Shown piece by piece: positions 1 to 10,430 of a DNA stretch of 30,675 nucleotides (positions are counted from its first letter, which is position 1; each line of letters starts with the position of its first letter). The notes under the pieces are model-generated. The model saw only the letters and a list, made by a program, of their open reading frames with translations, was not told where the DNA came from and searched no databases. Source of the stretch: Malacoraja senta. Lineage: Eukaryota. A program made the translations under genes and the position numbers. The stretch lies in the NCBI GenBank assembly GCA_038087875.1, contig JAXLNO010000438.1, forward strand, positions 868,001-898,675, given 5' to 3'.

Positions 1-751
1 TAAATATAGCTAGTGGAACAGGAGTCAGGGGCATCAACACAAACCAAAAGCCCAGACAATGTGCAAACAAATCCGAGGGAGAAATTAGTTTGAGATTAGA
101 GTTCTGGTAAGGAATGTTTTCCCATCTCACCTTTCATTTCATTTTATTCCAAATACTTATCTTGTCATGCTAAGAAAGTATCACCTCAAAGATAAGTCCC
201 ACGTACTTTAATTGAATTGCTTTAAAAACATAGATTGGTCTTTTTGATTCTGCGTTTTTCAGTCGATCATTTAGCAACTCTTGAAGAATAAAAGGCCAAG
301 AAAGAAAACAACTACATGCCATTTTATAATTGAAAACATCAGATAATTATTTTATGCGATATTCTTCTAGCGAGGGATTAAAAGAAAACTGCACTGGTGG
401 AATTGTTACTAGACGCGCCCCACCTACGCTTCGCAACACAGCTGCCTTTAGGACCCTGGAATGAAATAACCATTATCAGCTATGATGAACTCTGACATTT
501 CTTGCACTAACAGCAATTAAAACCCGCGCTTCTTGACAACGCAACTGTCACATCTCAAGTGTCGAGCAGTTGTTTCCCTTCGTTCTCCCCTCGACGTGAG
601 AATGCCAGTCGTGTAAGTGGCGGTGCATTTTTACCCACCTTTAACCGCGTAACCAACAACGGGTTTTGCTGCCATCACTTAGCAACTGAGGGTCACGGAC
701 TATAAATATCACAGGCAATGGGTAAAACGGCTGTGCAGCAGCCCACTAAAG

Positions 752-890
752 GGAGAGAGGAGGAGGGAATGTGTGTGTGTGAGAGAGAGAGAGAGATATG
801 GTGGAGGAGAAAGGAGGGAAGGAGAAAGAGGAGAGGAGGAGGGACGGAGAGAGGAAAGATGAGAGAGGAAAGATGAGAGAGGAAGGACGG
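752..890. repeat. (TG)n/(AG)n microsatellite and purine-rich tract
   Basis: tgtgtgtgtgtgagagagagagagaga followed by GA-rich low-complexity sequence. Confidence 0.85.
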
Positions 891-914
891 GTGTCAGTAC
901 AAGCAGCAACTCAC

Positions 915-1035
915 AGTTGGGATTGTGTCCCTGATGCCAATGCAGCCCGGGGTTCGCTCTGCTGCTGCTACTGCCTGCTAGGTTAACGTTGTTCCAAGTC
1001 GAGCGAGTCAGAAAGCTGGAGGTGGTGTTGCCCAT
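915..1035 (-). CDS. Probable first coding exon of an unidentified host gene (MGNTTSSFLTRSTWNNVNLAGSSSSRANPGLHWHQGHNPN + 1 nt); N-myristoylation motif
   Basis: ATG at 1035 in a good Kozak context (gacATGG). 40 codons + 1 nt are followed by a GTGAGT splice donor at 914-909 on the minus strand. M-G-x-x-x-S start. Lies directly downstream of a CpG-rich, CCAAT-containing region. The rest of ORF 709..1035 is low-complexity intron read-through. Confidence 0.6.
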
Positions 1036-1310
1036 GTCTGTCTACTGTCTTGTCTATCGCGGTGGAGATGCTGCCTACACACACACACATACACAGGCTG
1101 CTCCTTTTCTCTCGCAGCAGTTTAGACTTTTGCCGCCACTTGCGACCAATCGCTGTCCATGACAAGGGCGCGGACTACCGCGAGAGAAGCCACCTCTTGG
1201 CACGGATCCTCTCTGCCCACTTGTCTGTCAGGCACTGCTCAAAGCCGGAGCTCCGGCACCGCACACGCATCAACCGAAACTGCAGCAATTGTGTTTTTTC
1301 CCCCCCGGCT
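1036..1310 (-). promoter_or_regulatory. CpG-rich promoter/5'UTR with NF-Y CCAAT box and GC-box-like motif
   Basis: GACCAATCG at 1144-1152 fits the NF-Y consensus RRCCAATSR. GGGCGCGG at 1166-1173. CpG density is locally high compared with the AT-rich flanks. (AC)n at about 1077-1094. Confidence 0.55.
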
Positions 1311-2574
1311 ATGAAGGGAAGCAGAAAATTTGGAAATGTTGAGAAAATTGTCCTGAGCTAACACATCAGCTGTTGTGAGAGAATAGCTTTGCAGGTGACA
1401 GGCGCTGATGGTCCACTCTAGCTTGTATGTCTGATGTTCTTCAGCGTGTGTGTGAGCATATGTATGGGTGTGTATACATACACCTATTGAATAGCATGAA
1501 TCTAATTAAAGAGTCCATCCAAAAATAAACAAGTTTAAAATTTAAATTGTTCTGTGCATCAAAGTTATGCCAGCATTGAAACTTCACAGCGGGCTGTAAA
1601 GGCAAGGGTCAGAAAATCCTGATCACACCTTGGAGGCGGTCTTTCGTCCCCTCCTGGGTTGCTGTGAAATACATTGATTGAGAAAGTGGCACAATGCATT
1701 TACCTCATTCCAGACTATAACATTTGCTTTCTGTCTAAATCAATTAGAATTGCAATAGATTAAAAAAATTGCCGTATACAAATGCAAATTATATATATTT
1801 GTACATGTTGTATATATCTGTATTTATTTGTATGGGGTGTTATTAAAACATGTTCATGTTGATATTGAATTTCTATAAGAACCATGCCAGCGGATTCTAT
1901 TTAAAATGCAGTATAACTAACACAAGCACAAACTTGTTCAAGGTCTTAAGGAGTTTGAATTTGAAACTAAACAACGCGAATGTGAATAACTGATTCAAAT
2001 TCTTTGAACAAAACAGTAGCCATGCTTGTAGCGACAATGGGCCGTTTTCAATTGCAAGCAGGTGACTTGTGGGTCGACAAACGCGGGCTTGGAAATGAAT
2101 GCAAAACATCACAAAAGCTTAAAACCAAAAGTTACAGACGTTACAAAAGCATGTAAACAAATGATGAAATGGAAGTACCATTCAGCCATTCACTGTCATT
2201 CTTCAGAAAGAAAAGCCATTCAGTTTCTCTCCAGCGTGCTTATTCTTCTAATAAATCGCGGTTTCAGATAATTTATATTTCGAATCCACAGTGCCCACTT
2301 TTTCTGCCCATCCATTGATACAATTACAATACAATAAAATTCTACCAAGCTCAGTGTTAAAAGTTCCAACTAAACTTTTTCTGCAGCTTTTGGGGGAAGC
2401 TCTTTTTAATTGTTTAAATGATATGATCATTGCCGACAAGGCCCACTTATTTGTGCACAGGGTGAGTAGCTGGGGCATCTTCCCTCATGACCAATAATCA
2501 TGACAAATGCCATGATGGAAATACCATGTCTAGAATATAGTACACAGGCCTGGACTCCCTATCCAAGGAAGAGG

Positions 2575-2920
2575 GAGGACACCAGATTGATTGCTAGCAG
2601 AGGAGTTTGCCCAATGATTGGAGAGTTAGTAGACTGGGCCTGATCTCTTGAGTTTAGAAGAATCTGGAATTATTTCATTGTAATATACAAAATTCTTACA
2701 GGCCTTGACGTGGCTGATACTTCCTTTGGCTGGCATTTCCAAAACCTGAGATCACCAATTCACACAAAGAAGGTCAGGCAATCAAGACTGAGATGAGAAG
2801 ACATTTCTTCACACAAAAGAATCTGCAGAATTCTCTAACCATGCGGCCTGTGGAGGATTGGTTATTTTGTATATTTAAAACGGAGAGCATTTTTTTTTTC
2901 AAATATGGAGGTAAGTAGGG
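2575..2920 (+). mobile_element. Old degenerate CR1 LINE 3' fragment
   Basis: Decayed similarity to the CR1 3' ends elsewhere in the window (gagtttagaagaat; gactgagatgagaagacatttcttcacaca; gaattctcta...tgtggagg). Confidence 0.6.
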
Positions 2921-2940
2921 CATTTAGTGATTATGCCTCA

Positions 2941-3278
2941 AATGGCAGATGAGTTTAACAGGTACTTTGGATCTGTCTTCACTAAGGAGGACACAAACAA
3001 TCTTCCTGATATTGTAGTGGCCAGAGGATCAGAGGTGACAGAGGAACTGAAGGAAATCCACATTAGGCAGGAAATGGTGTTGGATAGACTGAAGGCTGAT
3101 AAATCCCCAGGGCCTGATGGTCTGCATCCAAGGGTACTTAAGGAAGTGGCTCTAGAAATTGTGGATGCATTGATGATAATTTTCCAATGTTCTATAGACT
3201 CAGGATCAGTTCCTGTGGATTGGAGGGTAGCTAATGTTATCCCACTTTTTAAGAAAGGTGGGAGAGAGAAAACATGGA
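2941..3278 (+). mobile_element. CR1 LINE copy 1, 5' part (5'-truncated ORF2), interrupted by the DIRS element
   Basis: MADEFNRYFGSVFTKED...KSPGPDGLHPRVLKE...WRVANVIPLFKKG. Nearly identical to the minus-strand CR1 at 19045-21122. Confidence 0.95.
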
Positions 3279-3341
3279 ATTTTACTTCGGAGTCACGTGA
3301 GTGACTACGTGAAGAAGGGCCGTCAGTCCGCATGCGCGTCA
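3279..3341 (+). repeat. DIRS left inverted terminal repeat
   Basis: gagtgactacgtgaagaagggccgtcagtccgcatgcgcgtca is the near reverse complement of 7962-8003. The first ~36 nt are complementary to the ICR at 7736-7772. Confidence 0.9.
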
Positions 3342-3463
3342 TTACGTCTGAAGCATGCGCCAACGACTGACAGCGGTAAGTTTTTAAAACGGCAGGTAAG
3401 TGTTTTCTAAATCTACTCTGCGGTCGTATTGGCGGGTTCAGTGAGTCTTGTTTTTTCAGCAAG

Positions 3464-4706
3464 TTGGACCCAGCTTTGTCTAAGGTGAAGAGACGGTCTG
3501 CGGGGAAGTCGGCTCCCGAAGACCGCGGTAATGCGGGTAGCGGGCGACTGTCTGTATCACCAACCTTATCGCTGGCGGTGGAGCCAGCAGCAGCAGACCT
3601 GGTGCCCGAGGAAAGCACCGTGGCAGTCCCGCAGGGGCGCAAGGCCACACGAAAATCTGCAAGGCCCGTAGACTCAGATGAGTCGGGCCAGGAGGGATCC
3701 CCTCCTTCATTGGGAAGCGTCCGCGGGCGATTTACCCATATGGAGCACCTGATGGAGAGGTGGCTCCAGAATGATCAGCTCCGTAGGAGGGAGCAGTATC
3801 AACACGGGTCTCCGCAGCAGCCCGCGCCAGCGGCTTCACTCATGGGGCTGCAAAGTGTCTCCCTCGCTGGAGGGGGGAGTACACCGGGTCAGTTTTTTCC
3901 TGACTCCGAGTTTGGAGGCACAGTGGGTGAGCATGCCCAGGGGCACGGGTCTGAAGTGCCACTATTGGCATCCAGATTTGCCATATCCTTACCATTAGGA
4001 GCACCTCTGGATCAAGACCTGGCCAACAATATTAATTATTTGGCATCTCACCAGCTCAAAGACCTGACTATGGAGGGGACCACCAACAGCAAACTGCAAA
4101 CTGTGCCTCCCTCAATGTGCCGGCCGTGAACCACTCCATCTGGGGTCACATTGGAGCGGGTGTCAGAGCCCAGGAAGTAAAGCTCCAGAAAGTCCTGAAA
4201 TTACTGGCCTCTGGTATCACGGCCTTTGCTAGGTCTGTTGATGGGGAACTACTGACCGACACTCAACAGGACGCCGTGGCATTACTGTGTAATGCTCACT
4301 TCGAAATAAATTGCCTGCGCAAGAATGCAATCCGGCTGGCACTAAACCCCAAGTTTGCTGTGCTGTGCAAGGCCAGCAACGTCCAGCCGGCCAATTATCT
4401 ATTTGGGGAAGATCTGCCAAGGCAGGTCCGGGAGCTGGACGATGAGGCGAAGACTGTCTGCCTCATGAGTAGAGCCCAAACCACACCCAGGGGCTCATCA
4501 TACCGGGCTTACCCCTACGCACCTACAGCACCAGACGATACCTGCCTAGGGGCTCCGGAACCGGTGGAAGACCCGAACTGGATGCATCAAGGTCTTTTTT
4601 AGGGGTGGGCCCCAGCCGTCCCACGGCAAGGATGCGCAGAGGGAACCCGCCACCAGCTCTACTTCCCAAGCCTCGCGAACGAAAACCAGCACCATACCGC
4701 CAGTAA
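3464..4706 (+). pseudogene. DIRS ORF1 (gag-like), frameshifted
   Basis: ORFs 3464-4129 and 4117-4602 (PAVNHSIW...KLQKV...LFGEDL, typical of DIRS ORF1). A basic tail in a third frame (RRYLPRG...RSFLG...PYRQ*) ends at 4706. Starts with TTG. Confidence 0.75.
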
Positions 4707-4771
4707 CTACTGAGGTAGGTATACCTAGTTCCTTGTGGAACACCTTACACATGCCTCACGCACCGGTTTAG

Positions 4772-6230
4772 GGGAGATTGCAACATTTCTTGAATGAATG
4801 GCGTTGGGTCACAGCGGATCCGTTTATACTGCACAGTGTACGAGGGTTCAAAATTGAGTTCATTATTGACTCATTACCACCCACACAACATTCACCAAAC
4901 CGCACATATGTTTTCTCACACCAGGAAAGTTTGGATATACAAGCTGAAATCCAAACTCTATCCAATAAAGAGGTCATTGAGAGGTCGCATCCGGAACCTC
5001 ACCAATTTGTATCCAATATATTCACCAAGCGGAAAAAGGATGGAGGATGTCGTATCATCCTAGACTTAACTGCTCAACACTTTTGTGCAGTATAAACATT
5101 TCAAAATGGATAACTTTGGCACTGCCATCCAACTGGTTTCTAAAGGTGGTTATATGGCATGCATCGACCTTAAAGATGCATACTACTCGGTACCTATTCA
5201 CAGGGAGCACAGGAGATATTTGAAATTTAACTGGATGGGTCAATTATGGCAGTTCAAACCATTGCCTAATGGGCTGACGAGCTCCCAGACTATTTACCAA
5301 ACTACTGAAACCTATTCTGGGGCTACTACGAGCTCAGAATCACATAATCATGGCATATTTGGATGACATTCTAATCTTCGGGGTCACCAAGGAATCGGCA
5401 GAATCATCTGTCTCAACCACCAAACTCATGTTTGAAAGATTGGGCTTTCTCATCCATCCAGTTAAGTCCAAATTGACACCTACCAGGGTTATTGATTACC
5501 TGGGGTTTACAATTAACTCAATTCACATGTCAGTGACTCTGCCTAGGGGCAAACAATTAGAGTTAACTAAAGCCTGCAACGACCTTATTGTTAAACAAAA
5601 GCCATCAATTAGACAAACAGCGAGTGTAATTGGCAAACTAGTGGCTGCATTTCCAGCTGTGCATTACGGGCCTTGGCACTATCAAAATTTACAACGTGCA
5701 AAGGAACAGGCACTCAGATCCCACGCTGGCCAATTCGGTAGACCAATGTGATTGCCAGCTGAGGCCATTGCTGAATTACAATGGTGGATGACAAATATAC
5801 GTCATAGCTCCAGGAAGATTTTGCTGGATACTCCATCGGTCGTCTTACAAACCGATGCAAGCAGCCTAGGATGGGGAGCAACTGATACCATCTCCAGCTG
5901 CGGTGGTAGGTGGAATGAGCAGGAGTCCTTAATTCTTCAGGAACATGGTATTAACTACTTAGAGTTGTTGGGGCACTCTATGGGCTTAAGGCTTATTACA
6001 GCACTATGCAACATGTGCATGTTCAACTTCAGATTGACAACACAACCACGGTGGCGTATGTCAATCACATGGGTGGTGTTAAGTCTGTATCTTGTGATAG
6101 ATTGGCAAATCTTATTTGGCACTGGTGTATTGCGAGGGACATTTGGGTCTCAGCTATCTACCTACCAGGTAGATACAACACGGTGGCGGACACCAGATCG
6201 CTGATATTCAAGGACAACACAGAATCGTGC
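4772..6230 (+). pseudogene. DIRS reverse transcriptase-RNase H, frameshifted
   Basis: GRLQHFLNEW, RIILDL, DLKDAY, LPNGL, YLDD and YLGF RT motifs. RNase H motifs TDASSLGWG, INYLEL, DNTTTVAYVN and YLPGRYNTVAD are spread over several frames. Confidence 0.92.
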
Positions 6231-6261
6231 AGTATTAAACGACATAATCACCCGGTATGGC

Positions 6262-6627
6262 ATCCCGGATATTGATTTGTTCGCATCCAGATTAAATCTC
6301 CAGTTACCCAAATATGTGTCCTGGGAGCCAGACCCAGGGGCAGTGGCAGTAGATGCGTTTTCTCTACATTAGGGAGGAATTTTTCTGTATGCATTTCCCC
6401 CATTTTGCCTCATCGGCCGATGCTTGGCAAAAGTCAAGCAAGACAATGCCACAGGCATTTTGGTAGTGCCTGACTGGCATACACAGTCATGGTTTCCACA
6501 AGTCCTGGCAATGATTACACAGCCTTTCATGGCTGTCCCCAAGAGCAGGGCCCTACTCGTTCACCCAGTAACGGGGAGCAACCATCCACTTCATGATCGA
6601 ATCAATTTATTGGTTTGCAGATACTGA
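6262..6627 (+). pseudogene. DIRS Dam-like DNA N6-adenine methyltransferase domain
   Basis: Manual translation: IPDIDLFASRLN...DAFSLH*GGIFLYAFPPF...LVVPDWHTQSWF. In-frame TAG at 6370-6372, probably from TGG. Confidence 0.85.
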
Positions 6628-7589
6628 GGAGACCATACCTGGGGCTCGGACTGTCTAAACGAACCGTGGATGTGATAACAGTGGCCTGGAGGGACAGTAC
6701 ACAAAAACAGTACGTCTCTCACATCAAGAAGTGGGAGATGTTCTGTTCTGTCTCAAACACCTCGTATGATACGGCACGCATCACGGATGTCCTGGAGTTC
6801 CTATCTGCCCTGTTTTATGACCAAAAATTAAGCTACAGTGCCATCAATAGTGCCAGAAGCGCACTATCTTCCTATTTAATGCTGGGGTCAGGGCACCAGT
6901 CGGTAGGCATGCACCCTTTAATAACTAGGTTCATGAAGGGCATTTTTAGTTCCATACCACCCAGGCCCCGGTACACGGACATTTGGGACGTGATTGTGAT
7001 GCTTACACTGCTTCGCCAGTGGGCACCAGCTACCTCTCTACCTTTATCTAAGCTCACCCTTAAGGTGGTCATGCTGATGGCGCTGGTAACTGCACAACGA
7101 GTCCAGACGTTGCACAAGCTGCGCCTCGACAACATGACCACCAATGTAAATGTAATAACCTTTTTCATAGATGATTTGATCAAACAGAGCAGGCCAGGGG
7201 TGCCAGGCTCAAGCTAGAGTTCCTGGCATACCCTGAGGTTGTGTGTCATATCACATATACACCATTACATAAGAGTCACCAAGGGCCTCAGAGGCTCTGA
7301 GCTATCGGTCCTAATTAGTTATAAAAGCCTTACCACAAGGTATCAGCACAAACCATTTCCAGATGGTTAAAGGAGGTACTGGCGAGTGCAGGAGTGAACA
7401 TTGACACTTTTAAATCTCACTCCACCAGGGCTGCATCTACGTCGGCAGCGAGAGCAATGGACGTTCCCCTCGATAACATCCAAGCGGCTGCAGGATGGGC
7501 CAATGAACGGATGTTTCCACCGGTTTTACAACAAACCTATCGCCGGACCGGGGGTGTTTGCACGTACCATTTTAGATTCTGTTTTGTAG
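6615..7589 (+). pseudogene. DIRS tyrosine recombinase, frameshifted
   Basis: N-terminal YSAINSARSALS, catalytic R in AQRVQTL, HSTR motif, AAGW, and FYNKP with the catalytic Tyr, split over ORFs 6615-7217, 7394- and 7401-7589. Confidence 0.9.
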
Positions 7590-7735
7590 TCTCCCCCCAG
7601 GTTGGGAGGGGTTACTATTATTTTTCTTTTCATATTAAAGCATCAGTATTATTACCTAACTACGTTATGTCTGAATGCTTTACTTTTTTCACTCATCCAT
7701 GGTCGTATCCGGCGTGAAATCACAGAGCTTTAAAA

Positions 7736-7848
7736 TCTTCACGTAGTCACTCACGTGACTCCGAAGTAAAATAGTAAGATTAAACGAGAACTTACCAGTT
7801 TGAAGTTTGATCTTGATTTTATGAGGAGTTACGATGAGCGATTACGTG
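7736..7848 (+). repeat. DIRS internal complementary region (ICR)
   Basis: 7736-7772 is the reverse complement of the element's left end. 7770-7848 is the reverse complement of the right end (7990-8068), with 2 mismatches by eye. Confidence 0.93.
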
Positions 7849-7961
7849 CCCACCGCTCCCTCCCTCATATTATCAAGGTCATCTGGTAGTTTCAGTTCTT
7901 CAAAATCTTACTATCCTCAGGTCAACTCTTATCTGTGATTTCACACCGCTGCTTTGAAGAT

Positions 7962-8068
7962 TGACGCGCAAGGACTGACGGCCCTTCTTCACATAATCAC
8001 TCATCGTAACTCCTCATAAAATCAAGATCAAACTTCAAACTGGTAAGTTCTCGTTTAATCTTACTATT
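7962..8068 (+). repeat. DIRS right ITR plus right extension
   Basis: Inverted match to the left ITR, then an extension complementary to the ICR, ending at cttactATT. Confidence 0.9.
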
Positions 8069-9461
8069 ATAGACCAGTTAGCCTGACATCGGTGGTGGGG
8101 AAGATGCTGGAGTCAATTATAAAAGATGAGATAGCCGAACATTTGGATAGCAGTAACAGGATCGGTCCGAGTCAGCATGGATTTACGAAGGGGAAATCAT
8201 GCTTGACTAATCTTCTGGAATTTTTTGAAGATGTAACTGGGAAAAGGGACAAGAGAGAGCCAGTGGATGTGGTGTACCTGGACTTTCAGAAAGCATTTGA
8301 TAAGGTCCCACATAGGAGATTAGTGGGCAAAATTAGGGCACATGGTATTGGGGGTAGAGTGCTGACATGGATAGAGAAGTGGTTGGCAGACAGGAAACAA
8401 AGAGTAGGGATTGGCGGGTCCCTTTCAGAATGGCAGGCAGTGTTTAGTGGGGTACCGCAAGGCTCGGTGCTGGGACCGCAGCTATTTACAATATACATCA
8501 ATGATTTGGATGAAGGGATTCAAAGTAACATTAGCAAATTTGCAGATGACACAAAGCTGGGTGCAGTGTGAACTGTGAGGTGGATGCTATGAGAATGCAG
8601 GGTGACTTGGACAGGTTGGGGGTGTGGGCAGATGCATGGCAGATGGAGTGTAATGTGGATAAATGTGAGGTTATCCACTTTGGTAGCAAAAACAGGAAGG
8701 CAGATTACTATCTAAATGGCGTCAAGTTGGGAAAAGGGGAAGTACAACGGGATCTGGGGGTCCTTGTACATCAGTCTATGAAAGTAAGTATGCAGGTACA
8801 GCAGGCAGTGAAGAAAGCGAATGGCATGTTGGCCTCTATAACAAGAGGAATCGAATATAGGAGCAAAGAGGTCCTTCTGCAGTTGTACAGAGCCCTAGTG
8901 AGACCACACCTGGAGTATTGTGTGCAGTTTTGGTCCCCTAATTTGAGGAAGGACATTCTTGCTATTGAGGGTGCAGCGTAGGTTTACAAGGTTAATTCCC
9001 GGGATGGCGGGACTGTCATATGCTGAGAGAATGGAGCAGCTGGGCTTGTACACTCTGGAGTTTAGGATGAGAGGGATTCTCATTGAAACATATAAGATTG
9101 TTAAGGGCTTGGACATGCTAGAGGCAGGAAATATGTTCCCGATGTTGGGGGAGTCCAGAACCAGGGGCCACAGTTTAAGAATAAGGAGTAAGCCATTTAG
9201 AACGGAGATGAGGAAACACTTTTTCTCACAGAGAGTGGTGAGTCTGTGGAATTCTCTGCCTCAGAGGGCGGTGGAGGCAGGTTCTCTGGATGTTTTCAAG
9301 AGATAGCTAGATAGGGCTCTTAAAAATAGCGGAGTCAGGGGATATGTGGAGAAGGCAGGAACGGGGTACTGATTGGGGATGATCAGCCATGATCACATTG
9401 AATGGCGGTGCTGGCTCAAAAGGCCGAATGGCCTACTCCTGCACCTATTGTCTATTGTCTA
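8069..9461 (+). mobile_element. CR1 LINE copy 1, 3' part (RT domain, 3'UTR, (attgtct)n tail)
   Basis: [31 protein letters not shown] and RPHLEYCVQFW in frameshifted ORFs. Ends cctactcctgcacctattgtctattgtcta. Confidence 0.95.
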
Positions 9462-9479
9462 TCCCAATATCCCTTAATG

Positions 9480-10352
9480 GTGATTTTTGACCATCTTACT
9501 GAGAGTCCCCCTCCGCTGCGCAGGACAAGAGGATTTTTTCAATCGATGAAAAATAAAAGAGTTATTAGTGTTTAAAAGATGTTGAGATTATCTCTGCTGC
9601 CCCTGCTGGTGGGAGGGACTATGAAACCCGAATGTGTTGTTCCTCAGTCAGTCTCTGCAAGATGGAGGCAGCGAGAGGGTCATGTCTCTCTGAGCTGTGA
9701 ATAACACTTAACACATGTCTACTCAACTGTGAGTGCCCTTAATGTGGTTTGAAAATGAAAATGTGGTTGCTTTGAAATGCTGCACTGCAAATGGTTGTTG
9801 GTGGTGGTTGCTTTGAAACGCTGCACTGCAAATGGTTGTTGGTGATGGTTGCTTTGAAAGGCTGCACTGCAAATGGTTGTTGGTGGTGGTTGCTTTGAAA
9901 TGCTGCACTGCAAATGGTTGTTGGTGGTGGTTGCTTTGAAATGCGGCACTGCAAATGGATGTTGGTGGTGGTTGCTTTGAAACAGCAAATGATTAAAAGT
10001 CTAAACTTGGCAACTTCCTGTTTGCACTGTATATTGATTTTAGATAAAACGCTACCACTTATGGCTGTGATTTTTGGCCATCTTACTCAGTCCCCCTCCG
10101 CTCATCAGGTGCAGAGGATTCTTCCCATCAATGAAAAATAAAACTGCTATTAGTGTTTAAAAAAAGTTGAGAATCTCTCTCCTGTCAATCACGCCATGAA
10201 ACCCATGCCCCTTCCGGTGGGAGGGGGAGGGATTATAAAACCCGGAAGTGTGGGTGTAGCTCAGTCTCTGCAAGATGGGGGAGGGAGAGGTCACGAATCT
10301 GACTGAGCTGTGAATCAACTGAACACACTGAATGTCTACTGAACTGTGAGTG
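9480..10352 (+). repeat. Diverged direct repeat pair (9480-9735 and 10067-10352)
   Basis: Both start gtgattttt(g)..catcttact and share gatgaaaaataaaa, ttattagtgtttaaaa, cagtctctgcaagatgg, tgagctgtgaat and atgtctact.aactgtgagtg. Confidence 0.9.
9763..9982. repeat. 41-bp minisatellite, about 5.3 copies
   Basis: gcactgcaaatggttgttggtggtggttgctttgaaatgct starting at 9782, 9823, 9864, 9905 and 9946. Confidence 0.95.
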
Positions 10353-10430
10353 GCGTTTATATGGTGTTTTGTGTGGTTTTATCGTGGTTTTATGATGGTT
10401 TTATGATGGTTTCACCCTGCTTGAAATGGT

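Larger units (their letters stand above)
3279..8068 (+). mobile_element. DIRS1-type tyrosine-recombinase retrotransposon with both termini present and disrupted ORFs
   Basis: Inverted terminal repeats, an internal complementary region, and gag, RT/RNaseH, MT and YR domains in the canonical order. Shared ATT core at both junctions (3279-3281, 8066-8068). Removing it restores the CR1 sequence ggaATTatagacc. Confidence 0.95.

Noticed and set aside
701..986. TATAAATA at 701 driving ORF 798..986
   Set aside because: The ORF is a translation of a GA-rich microsatellite, and the region is better explained as intron 1 of the minus-strand gene.
2938..3648. 236-aa minus-strand ORF across the CR1/DIRS junction, and other antisense ORFs over CR1, L1 and Tc1
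   Set aside because: Shadow frames of TE coding sequence with no independent motifs.
3464..7589. Novel RT + methyltransferase + integrase defence or retron-like operon
   Set aside because: Domain order, ITRs and ICR match the known DIRS1 retrotransposon architecture.
9763..9982. CRISPR-like array (also 13256-13737 and 26515-26690)
   Set aside because: The units are contiguous tandem repeats with no unique spacers, there are no cas genes, and the context is eukaryotic.
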